In this document: piece by piece, positions 16,895 to 24,631 of the stretch
Layout of the letters: each line of letters opens with the position of its first letter
Numbering within the stretch: the first letter of the stretch is position 1
From: Limisphaerales bacterium
Lineage (GTDB): Bacteria; Verrucomicrobiota; Verrucomicrobiia; Limisphaerales; JAJOIW01
NCBI GenBank assembly: GCA_965657355.1
Contig: CBFHOE010000003.1
Location: 218,170 to 242,800, forward strand
Reading direction: 5' to 3'
DNA: 24,631 nucleotides
Notes under the pieces: generated by a model
Seen by the model: the letters and a program-made list of their open reading frames with translations, nothing else
Databases searched by the model: none
Told to the model about the DNA's origin: nothing
Position numbers and translations under genes: made by a program

Positions 16895-18310
16895 ATGGAT
16901 CAAATTAAATCACAAGTTGTCGTCATTGGTGGTGGCCCCGGTGGTTACGCCGCCGCATTCTATGCAGCCGATCAAGGAAAGCAGGTCATTCTCATCGAGA
17001 AAGATGAAAATTTGGGTGGAGTTTGCCTCAATCGGGGGTGTATCCCGTCCAAGGCTCTTTTGCATGCAAGTAAAATGATCCATGAAGCAAAAGAATCTGC
17101 TCATAGGGGAATTGTATTTGATAACCCGACCATCAATTTGGATAAACTCAGAGATTGGAAAAATTCTATTCTCGGTAAGCTTTCTGGTGGTATCTCTGCC
17201 TTGGCAAAATCTCGTGGTGTTGATGTGATTTATGGAAGAGGCCACTTTGAGAATTCTCATACCCTCAGAGTTGAGACAAGCGATGGGCAGCAGTTCATTT
17301 CTTTTGAGCATGCCATCATAGCGACCGGTTCTCGAGCCGCATTGCCCAGGGTGTTCGATTTGGGTAATCCCAGAATCATGACGTCAAGAGGTGCTCTTGA
17401 AGTGGAGGAAATACCGGAAGAGCTTCTCGTCATTGGTGGGGGTTACATCGGAATGGAACTCGGTTCTGTCTATTCTGCATTGGGCAGTAAGGTCACTCTT
17501 GTTGAAGCTTTGCCAGCTATTATTGCGGCAGCAGATCCTGATTTGGTGAAACCAGTCCTAAAATACGCAGAGGATAATTTTAAGGACGTAAGACTCAACA
17601 CCAAGATCATTTCCATGGCAACGCAAGGTCCTAAGATCAAGGTCGTCATTGAGTCCCCAGAAGGCGAGCAATCAGAAGAATTATTTGATAGGGTTTTGGT
17701 TTCCGTTGGTCGAGTCCCCGCTAACAAGCAACTAGGACTCGATAATACGAAAGTAGAACTTGATGATAAGGGGTTCATCAAAGTGAATGAAAAACAGCAA
17801 ACTGGCGACTCTAACATTTATGCCATTGGAGACTGCGCTGGTGGAATGATGCTGGCTCATAAAGCCTCCAAGGAAGCTAGAATTGCTGTTGAAGTTATTC
17901 TTGGAGAGGATAGCATTTGGGATAATTTTGTCGTTCCGGCAGTTGTTTTCACCGATCCAGAAATTGCTTGGGTCGGACTTACTGAAACTGAAGCTAAAGA
18001 AAAAGGACAAAAGGTAAAGGTTGCCAAGTTTCCATGGTCGGCATCGGGGCGTGCGCTTACCTTTGATAGGACAGATGGACTCACAAAAATAATTGTTTGC
18101 CCAGAAACGGAACGAGTTTTAGGAATCGGCTTAGTCGGTCACGGTGCCGGAGAACTTGTTGGCGAGGCCACTCTTGCTGTTGAAATGGGCGCCACGGCTC
18201 GTGATCTTGCCGAAACAATTCATGCACACCCAACACTCTCCGAAACAATCATGGAGTCGGCAGAGGCCTTCTTCGGACATGCCACCCACATTGCCACCAG
18301 AAAAAGGTAG
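16895..18310 (+). CDS. lpdA: Dihydrolipoamide dehydrogenase E3
   Basis: GGGPGGY FAD motif, GGVCLNRGCIPSKALL redox disulfide, GGGYIGME NAD motif, HAHPTLSE. Confidence 0.97.
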   Translation: MDQIKSQVVVIGGGPGGYAAAFYAADQGKQVILIEKDENLGGVCLNRGCIPSKALLHASKMIHEAKESAHRGIVFDNPTINLDKLRDWKNSILGKLSGGISALAKSRGVDVIYGRGHFENSHTLRVETSDGQQFISFEHAIIATGSRAALPRVFDLGNPRIMTSRGALEVEEIPEELLVIGGGYIGMELGSVYSALGSKVTLVEALPAIIAAADPDLVKPVLKYAEDNFKDVRLNTKIISMATQGPKIKVVIESPEGEQSEELFDRVLVSVGRVPANKQLGLDNTKVELDDKGFIKVNEKQQTGDSNIYAIGDCAGGMMLAHKASKEARIAVEVILGEDSIWDNFVVPAVVFTDPEIAWVGLTETEAKEKGQKVKVAKFPWSASGRALTFDRTDGLTKIIVCPETERVLGIGLVGHGAGELVGEATLAVEMGATARDLAETIHAHPTLSETIMESAEAFFGHATHIATRKR

Positions 18311-18349
18311 TTACATTTTATCTAAATTATTTGGAATTCAATCTAGTAG

Positions 18350-18378
18350 ATCCTGCTCTCGTGAGGGCAGGATTTTTT
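18350..18378 (+). terminator. Intrinsic terminator of the PDH operon
   Basis: ATCCTGCTCT-CGTG-AGGGCAGGAT stem-loop followed by TTTTT, 40 nt after the lpdA stop. Confidence 0.85.
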
Positions 18379-18854
18379 ATGATAAAAAATCTGCATTTAA
18401 AAACAGGTCAAGATAGGCGTATGACATGATATCGTCAGATTGATTAATAATCCCCTATCATTTTCCCCCTTTCTAGATCAAACAGAGGCAAGCATCTGGG
18501 CCTTCGGGGGATATCTATCTTGCTACCGAAATAAATTTGGATAGATGGGACCCGTGCTCATGGTATAGGTGAAACAATATGGCTTCTGAGTTTTAGATGG
18601 CGGTTCATTTTATTGTGGGAAACAAATCGAAATTGATAACTTATTAAAATCTTCCACCTTCAGAAAAGTAAGAGATTGGTTAGCTGGCTCTTGAATATAT
18701 TTGTCAAAATGAGAAAAGTATCGAATGCGATCCTTGCGAGCTCAACACTCATTGTCAGGCACCCCATCCTATCAACTTTAGACGGATCAATGGCTTGCCA
18801 TCCAGGAATACCATGCGGAGATGTGATTCATAACCGGTTGGACGAATATGATGA

Positions 18855-20396
18855 CTAAGTTTCAGAATCCTTACATTTAGTGTAGAAGTCTTTGACCAGC
18901 GAGCACGCAAGAACTACGAGGATGAAGGATAAAGGTAGTGCTACTATGATAGAAGCAGTTTGCAGCGTCGTAAGTGAGTTTTGCCCTCCTATATAAACTA
19001 GAATGACTGCAATGAGTCCCTCCAATACAGCCCAGAATATTTTGGTGTATTTATGGGGGGCTTCATTTCCTCCCGAAGTAATGACATCAACAACGTATGA
19101 GGCCGAGTCTGAAGACGTGACAAAGAAGAGAATTATGACGACGATTGAAATAAAAGAAAGGAAGAGCGTAAACGGGATTTGATCGAACAAAGCAAACAAG
19201 GACATAGCGTAATTTTGACTAACTGTTTCACTAATCTGAGTCGTTCCATTCAGAGTGTATAGAATTGATGAATAGCCAAATACATTAAACCAGACCAAGG
19301 TTATTAGTAATGGAATGAACAATACCACCAAAAGAAATTCTCTTACCGTTCTGCCCTTGGATATTCTTGCAATGAACATTCCTACGAAGGGTGACCAAGC
19401 TATCCACCAGGCCCAATAAAAGACTGTGTTTCCGCCTAGCCATCCTTCATCCTCAACACCACCTGTCCACTTGACGGTGCTTGTCTGGACAAAATGACTG
19501 CAATAGTGCAGTAAGCTCTTGAATGTCCCTGCAAGGATCTCTAAAGGTGAGCCCAGGGCGAATACCAAGACCATCAAACACAAAGCTATGAGTATGTTTG
19601 TATTACTAAGTAATTTGATCCCCTTATTGAGCCCGGACACTACTGAGAAAGTGGCACAAATCGTGATGAATGAGATGATTATAATCTGAACGGATGCAGA
19701 AACTTCCAAACCATGAAAAACAGTAGTGAGGCCTGAATTTATTTGTTTTGCGCCAAAGCCTAGGGAAGTGGCAACGCCAAAAAGGGTAGCAACAGTGGCT
19801 ACAATATCTACGATGTTGCCAAGAGTTCCATTGACCTTTTTCTTTAGCAGAGGTTGGAGCGTTGAGCGAAGTGTTAATGGGTATCCTTTGTTATATGCAA
19901 AGTAGCCCAAGGCCAATCCAACAATAGCATAAATGGCCCATGCATGGATTCCCCAGTGAAATAATGAAAGGCTAATTGCTGGTATCGATGCGTCCTGGCT
20001 TGCTGAAATGGATTTATCAAACGGATAACTATTAAAATGATTCAATGGCTCTGCAACCCCCCAAAATACCAGCCCAATGCCCATTCCTGCGCTGAATAAC
20101 ATGGAAACCCAAGCCAGGAATGAGAACTCGGGCTTAGAGTTTGGTCCGCCAAGTTTAATGCTGGCCCGAGGTGAAATGATTATAGCGAATAGGGCCAAGA
20201 CGAATCCGTTGACCGCGATAAGATAGAAATTGTCAAAATACTTCAAGATCCAACTATTAGCATTCGTAATATATTGACCCGACTCTTTTCCATATACGAT
20301 CGAGAGAATGACGCAGATAATAACAATTGCCGCTGAAAATGGAAATACAACCTTGTGGACATTGAGTTTAGAATAAAAACCAAAAAATGCTCTCAT
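18855..20396 (-). CDS. BCCT family transporter, glycine-betaine type (OpuD/BetP-like)
   Basis: SMLFSAGMGIGLVFWGVAEP, HWGIHAWAIY, GVATSLG, YWAWWIAWSPFVGMFIARISKGRT, FFVTSSDS. Start placed at ATG 20396 to avoid overlap with SDMT (ORF track starts at 20486). Confidence 0.93.
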   Translation of the reverse strand: MRAFFGFYSKLNVHKVVFPFSAAIVIICVILSIVYGKESGQYITNANSWILKYFDNFYLIAVNGFVLALFAIIISPRASIKLGGPNSKPEFSFLAWVSMLFSAGMGIGLVFWGVAEPLNHFNSYPFDKSISASQDASIPAISLSLFHWGIHAWAIYAIVGLALGYFAYNKGYPLTLRSTLQPLLKKKVNGTLGNIVDIVATVATLFGVATSLGFGAKQINSGLTTVFHGLEVSASVQIIIISFITICATFSVVSGLNKGIKLLSNTNILIALCLMVLVFALGSPLEILAGTFKSLLHYCSHFVQTSTVKWTGGVEDEGWLGGNTVFYWAWWIAWSPFVGMFIARISKGRTVREFLLVVLFIPLLITLVWFNVFGYSSILYTLNGTTQISETVSQNYAMSLFALFDQIPFTLFLSFISIVVIILFFVTSSDSASYVVDVITSGGNEAPHKYTKIFWAVLEGLIAVILVYIGGQNSLTTLQTASIIVALPLSFILVVLACSLVKDFYTKCKDSET

Positions 20397-20427
20397 CTGA
20401 ATTGGGGTTAAGAATCTTAAGATTTTA

Positions 20428-21258
20428 TTATGGCTTTTTGAAATGGAAGACACCCCATTCGAGCAAGTCAGAGCGGCTCGCACCAATCCAATGATTTAAA
20501 CCTTCTTTCATTGATTGTATATACTCATCTGAAATCCTACCCCTTAATTCATTTTGATTCTGTTCTAGTTGTTTTAATACATTGGTATAATGAAAAAGGA
20601 GACTTTTTGGCATTGATGAATACTCGTTGATGAAAATTCCATTCTCGTCAGCCAGTTTTTTGTATAAATCTGGATGCCCCATTGAATCCAGATGAATTCG
20701 TTCAAATACTTTTGTTAGTTGAGGAGTCACCAGTGCATTTTTCTGCATTGGATCTGAAAAAATAAATTCACCATCTGGTTTGAGTACTCTTGAGACTTCC
20801 TTAAATACAACGTCTTTATTTTTTGAATGCAGAATCGAATCTTGTGACCAAACACAGTCATAAGAATTATTTTCAAATGGGATTTTTTCAAAGTTTCCGT
20901 GATGAACGCGAACCTTGTCTGCCAGTCCCAGTGCTTTATTTTTTAGCCTGTTTTTTTTGTTTTGAACTTCACTAATATTTAAGCAGTCGACTTCACATTC
21001 GAATTTTTCTGCCAAATACCTTGCGCTCCCGCCATAGCCAGCACCTAAATCAAGAACCTTACAGGGTTTGTTTATAATATTAATTTTCCCAGCCATGAAT
21101 TCGACTGTCTTATGACTGGCGTTTACAATTTCTTCGTTTGGATCATCGTAGATACCGACATGAATATCTTCTCCCCCCCAAACCTGCTGGTAAAATGTAT
21201 CAGCATCATCGCTGTCGTAATATTTCTCGGCTATTAAATCTTCACCCTCTGTCTTCAT
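20428..21258 (-). CDS. sdmt: Sarcosine/dimethylglycine N-methyltransferase (SDMT)
   Basis: YYDSDDADTFY...WGGEDIHVGIY N-terminus, SAM motif VLDLGAGYGGSARYLA, WSQDSILH, FSDPMQ, C-terminal L.WG.F.F; TAATG coupling to GSMT. Confidence 0.9.
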   Translation of the reverse strand: MKTEGEDLIAEKYYDSDDADTFYQQVWGGEDIHVGIYDDPNEEIVNASHKTVEFMAGKINIINKPCKVLDLGAGYGGSARYLAEKFECEVDCLNISEVQNKKNRLKNKALGLADKVRVHHGNFEKIPFENNSYDCVWSQDSILHSKNKDVVFKEVSRVLKPDGEFIFSDPMQKNALVTPQLTKVFERIHLDSMGHPDLYKKLADENGIFINEYSSMPKSLLFHYTNVLKQLEQNQNELRGRISDEYIQSMKEGLNHWIGASRSDLLEWGVFHFKKP

Positions 21259-22061
21259 TATTTTGACTTTTTATATTCTTTTGTTGCGACGTGAACAAAA
21301 AAGTCCGGATCGTCGTGTTTATATGTTTCTTGGAAATCTCCGTATGTTTTCACTTCTTGGAACCCCACTTCTTTCATTAAGGAAACTGTATAGTCTTTTC
21401 TTAAGGGGTACATATTTAGGTAGTATTCTGAAGAATCAGGAAAAGAATACTTAAATCGAGCCAGGCCATCATCGACATGAACAGGCTCAGCTTTTACATT
21501 TTCTCCACAGTAGTAATATGTGTGCTTAGAGGAAAAACCATTATCTAGAATCCCATCATAGTTTCTTTGGTCTAAAATTAGAATCCCATCATGATTGAGC
21601 GCGGCATAAAACTCAGCTAAAGATTTACGCCTATCATTTTCATTATGCAGATGTGTAAATGAGTTTCCTAAGCAAATAACAGCATCAAATTTTCCGTCAA
21701 TAGATTTATTTAAAAATCGCCAATCAGCTTTTGAGATTTTTAGAATCTGATCCTGCTTCAAGCCATTCTCAAATGCCTTGGCTAACATTTGTGGGCTACC
21801 ATCAGCACTCGTGACATCAAAACCCTCATTTATCAGTCTTATGGAATGAAATCCAGTGCCAGTGGCTACATCTAAAACCTTAATAGTTTTCTTTTCCTTG
21901 AGAATATCTATGAAAAAGTGCCCTTCACTCTCAGCTCTGGAATTCCAGTCGATTAATTCATCCCATTTTTCTACGAAACCTTTTACATATTCCGATTTAT
22001 ATTTGTCTGTGTCCCTTGATTTAAGTGGGTTCGGGCCATAATTTTGTTTCGAGTCATTCAT
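21258..22061 (-). CDS. gsmt: Glycine/sarcosine N-methyltransferase (GSMT)
   Basis: YG.NPL..RDTD.Y..EYV..FVEKWDELIDW, VLDVATGTGFHS, CLGNSFTHL, DQRNYD, SSKHTYYYCG, TYGDFQETY, all characteristic of GSMT. Confidence 0.93.
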   Translation of the reverse strand: MNDSKQNYGPNPLKSRDTDKYKSEYVKGFVEKWDELIDWNSRAESEGHFFIDILKEKKTIKVLDVATGTGFHSIRLINEGFDVTSADGSPQMLAKAFENGLKQDQILKISKADWRFLNKSIDGKFDAVICLGNSFTHLHNENDRRKSLAEFYAALNHDGILILDQRNYDGILDNGFSSKHTYYYCGENVKAEPVHVDDGLARFKYSFPDSSEYYLNMYPLRKDYTVSLMKEVGFQEVKTYGDFQETYKHDDPDFFVHVATKEYKKSK

Positions 22062-22642
22062 GTCTGTTGGATATCTTCCAATGGATTTTTGGTTTCTAAA
22101 ATGGGTGCTTGTTCTTCTTTTTCTCTCTCTGTTTCTTCAGGGACCATGATGGATAATAATTTTTCCAGAGAAAGAGCGATTGTTGACTTCTCCAGTTCAT
22201 TTAGTTTTCCTAACTCGTCCAAAAGAGACTCTTGGAGAAGAGATGGAGCTTCCTCCAACCTTGATTTACCAATTTCTGTCAAAGAGATTCTGACTTTCCT
22301 TCTATCTTTAACCGACCTTTCCCGGGTAAATACTTCCTGTTTAACTAGCCGGTCCACAATTCCAACGAGAGTACTTGGATTGAGAAAAACTTCATTGGAA
22401 AGTTCTTTCAGCGTCATCGGTCCAAGTTCGTCAATTTTCAGCATACAAAGGAGCTGGGGGACTGTGATTCCATGATTTTGCGAAAGCTTCTTTGAATGAA
22501 TATCTACTGACCTAATTATCCTTCTCAATGCCCCAAGTATTCTTAGGTCATATCGCTCCTTAGGAACTACTGGTAAGTTGACCAAGTCAACCGATTCCAG
22601 TTCATTAATGCTTTCTTGAGCGGCCTGTTTTTTCGGGTTCAT
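22058..22642 (-). CDS. MarR family transcriptional regulator (EctR/CosR-like)
   Basis: ALRRIIRSVDIHSKKL...GIT.PQL, STLVGIVDRL, R.RS..DRR.V.I.LT..G winged-helix motifs; ATGA overlap with GSMT. Confidence 0.9.
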   Translation of the reverse strand: MNPKKQAAQESINELESVDLVNLPVVPKERYDLRILGALRRIIRSVDIHSKKLSQNHGITVPQLLCMLKIDELGPMTLKELSNEVFLNPSTLVGIVDRLVKQEVFTRERSVKDRRKVRISLTEIGKSRLEEAPSLLQESLLDELGKLNELEKSTIALSLEKLLSIMVPEETEREKEEQAPILETKNPLEDIQQT

Positions 22643-22680
22643 TCCTTTTCAATGTCAATTCCAGGCATAATTTGAAAAAG

Positions 22681-22713
22681 TATTTTGTACACAAATAATA
22701 TGTGTGTAAATAA
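22681..22713. promoter_or_regulatory. Putative MarR operator(s) upstream of the betaine operon
   Basis: Pseudopalindrome TATTTTGT-AC-ACAAATAA (22681-22698) plus an adjacent similar site TAATATGT-GT-GTAAATAA (22696-22713), about 40-70 nt upstream of the marR ATG. Confidence 0.55.
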
Positions 22714-22819
22714 GTTTAATAAAAACTATTTTAGATTGAGGAAATAATGGTGTCAAAATGGGAAAAAATTGGTGAATTAGATGAGAAAATGGCATATTTT
22801 GCATTTTTAGAAAGGAAAG

Positions 22820-23854
22820 ATGCGAAAAAGAAATTCGTCATTGGAGGAGCGGGTGAAAAAGGGTGAACTCGAGGTTAGCGATGATTTCAACATCTGGGGT
22901 TGGGTTCATTCTGCGGGAGCTATTTTATTAGTAGCTACATTTATTGGCTTTTTGGGAGATTTTTACTGGGTATTTGATTTGTTTTCTCAATTTCGTATCC
23001 AGTATTTCTTTATTTCTCTTTTGCTTTTGTTGGTCGTATCAGTGATGCGCCGGCGCGACCAAAAGTTAATTATGAAGTATCTTTTTGTATTTGTGGTTAA
23101 TTTGGTATTCCTTTGGCCCCTTTTTGAGGGGAAACCAAGTTCTGAGATCAGTGGTAAAGGTCCTTATCGCGCTCTTCTAATAAATTTGAATTCAGGAAAT
23201 ATTCGAAAAGATTTAGTTCGTAAATATGTGCTCAACGAAAGTGCCGATTTTGTAACACTTCTAGAAGTAACAGAGTCCTGGCAATCTTATCTGCGAGGCG
23301 TCAATGATGTGTATCCTTACATGAAGTTCTTGGCACGAGAGGATAATTTTGGGCTAGCCGTTTTAAGCAAATTTCCAATCGTTAATGAGGAGATACGATA
23401 TCTTGGTGAGGCATCTAAGCCAACCTTACGGTTAGGTCTTGATGTCGATGGAAAGACATTACAATTGGTGGTTGCGCATGCTTTTCCCCCATTCGGTGGG
23501 AAAGGTACAGAATTTAGGGATACCCAGCTCAGGCTTCTCTCAGATGTCGGCAAAAATAATGATCCCACTCTACTTATGGCGGACCTAAATATTGTGCCAT
23601 GGAGCAGTAAATTTAAAAAGCTTCTGGCTAATTCTGAAATGACAGATTCATCGGCTGGATACGGGCTGCAAACGACCTGGCCGTCATTCACATCGGTTAT
23701 GGGGGTCCCAATAGACCATGTGCTCTTGTCTAGGGAAATTCGACTTCTCGATAGAAAGATAGGCAAGTATGTCGGTTCCGATCACCTTCCAGTCATTGTT
23801 GAATTCATGATTGATAGTTCTTTAAAAAATAAGGTTAAGAATACTTCCCAATAA
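22820..23854 (+). CDS. Membrane-anchored endonuclease/exonuclease/phosphatase (EEP, YafD-like) family protein
   Basis: Three N-terminal TM segments, then IN, LLEV, GLAVLSKFP, ADLN..PWS, PIDHVL and GSDHLP motifs; RBS GAAAGGAAAG. Confidence 0.88.
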   Translation: MRKRNSSLEERVKKGELEVSDDFNIWGWVHSAGAILLVATFIGFLGDFYWVFDLFSQFRIQYFFISLLLLLVVSVMRRRDQKLIMKYLFVFVVNLVFLWPLFEGKPSSEISGKGPYRALLINLNSGNIRKDLVRKYVLNESADFVTLLEVTESWQSYLRGVNDVYPYMKFLAREDNFGLAVLSKFPIVNEEIRYLGEASKPTLRLGLDVDGKTLQLVVAHAFPPFGGKGTEFRDTQLRLLSDVGKNNDPTLLMADLNIVPWSSKFKKLLANSEMTDSSAGYGLQTTWPSFTSVMGVPIDHVLLSREIRLLDRKIGKYVGSDHLPVIVEFMIDSSLKNKVKNTSQ

Positions 23855-23857
23855 GGA

Positions 23858-24517
23858 CTATCTAGCTGGGATTCCCTTGACCACTGAATGAGGGTCGATA
23901 TCGTCTATCACTACTGCTCCCATTGCTACAAGAGATTGACTTCCCACAGTTACGCCGTCTTTTACGGAACAATTGGTGCCAAGGTAACAGTTCTCGCCAA
24001 TGGTTGCATTTCCCGAAATACAAACTCCACCAGCGACACAGGAAAAAGCCCCAATGGTCGCATCATGGCTAATTACTGTATTCGGCAGAACAACCACATG
24101 ATCGCCTACAGAAGCGTTAGAAGTTAAGGTAACATTTTGAAAAATTGTTACTCCGGACCCAATCTTTGCGGACCTAGAGACACTCGCGGTCGGATGGGCG
24201 ATCGACAGAAAGCGTTCCCTTGGTAAGCCAAGATTCTCTATAATTTTTTTCTTTAGTTTATAAGATCTTGGGCTCCCGATACCATTGATGAAACAGCAGT
24301 CGTTTAAATCCTGTGCCTTGTTCAAGGCTCCAAGATAGGGGAAGCCCATGAGATGCTGATCGGGGAAATCTTGATTATCGCCGATGAATCCTAAACATTC
24401 AAATGGTCCTCCCCATTTTTCAGGGTTTGAAGAATCATTGATATCAAGAATGGTATCGAGAATATCCAAACAGGTTCCCCCGATTCCTATAATCACTATC
24501 TTTTTTATACTGCTCAC
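23858..24517 (-). CDS. NeuD/PglD-like sugar acetyltransferase (hexapeptide repeat)
   Basis: N-terminal Rossmann-like IVIIGIGG, GIGSP, AHPTA.VS, left-handed beta-helix hexapeptide repeats with ISHD, C-terminal V.GIPAR; GTG start. Confidence 0.88.
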   Translation of the reverse strand: MSSIKKIVIIGIGGTCLDILDTILDINDSSNPEKWGGPFECLGFIGDNQDFPDQHLMGFPYLGALNKAQDLNDCCFINGIGSPRSYKLKKKIIENLGLPRERFLSIAHPTASVSRSAKIGSGVTIFQNVTLTSNASVGDHVVVLPNTVISHDATIGAFSCVAGGVCISGNATIGENCYLGTNCSVKDGVTVGSQSLVAMGAVVIDDIDPHSVVKGIPAR

Positions 24518-24631
24518 GAGAACGATTAAAATTTAACCTTAATGGATAGTAAGTCACTATTCTCCAGGTATTTCTAGAAAAAGATGCTCAAGTCATGGCC
24601 GAAACTGTCGCTTTCTATACTGTTGAATGCG

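Noticed and set aside
18676..18858. 60-aa plus-strand ORF convergent on BCCT
   Set aside because: TTG start, no RBS and no recognisable domain.
22790..22803. TGGCATATTTTGCA upstream of the EEP gene as a sigma-54 promoter
   Set aside because: GG-to-GC spacing is 8.
24584..24631. Possible start of a plus-strand gene (MLKSWPKLSLSILLNA...)
   Set aside because: Only 16 codons before the window edge; cannot be supported.

Overview
Bacterial chromosomal window, AT-rich. Protein styles suggest Verrucomicrobiota, probably marine; this is inference and was not checked. Left to right: a small YjfB-like gene; a minus-strand MBOAT (AlgI/DltB-type) + SGNH-like O-acylation pair; and a ~9 kb plus-strand envelope locus of unknown function. 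That locus encodes secreted helical protein A, an outer-membrane beta-barrel, a sensor histidine kinase, 14-blade beta-propeller 1, secreted helical protein B and beta-propeller 2. Next come a lipoate-protein ligase gene with a 1-nt frameshift, divergent from aceE-aceF-lpdA (pyruvate dehydrogenase); a minus-strand MarR(EctR/CosR-like)-GSMT-SDMT-BCCT glycine-betaine synthesis/uptake operon; an EEP-family membrane protein; and a NeuD/PglD-like acetyltransferase. The most striking unannotated signal is upstream of the two paralogous helical-protein genes. Each has three 16-bp TGGG-N8-CCCA-type palindromes with near-identical spacing, an A/T-tract spacer and a sigma-54 (-24/-12) type promoter. This points to a kinase-controlled sigma-54 regulon whose activator is not in the window. 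No rRNA, tRNA, CRISPR or transposase was recognised.
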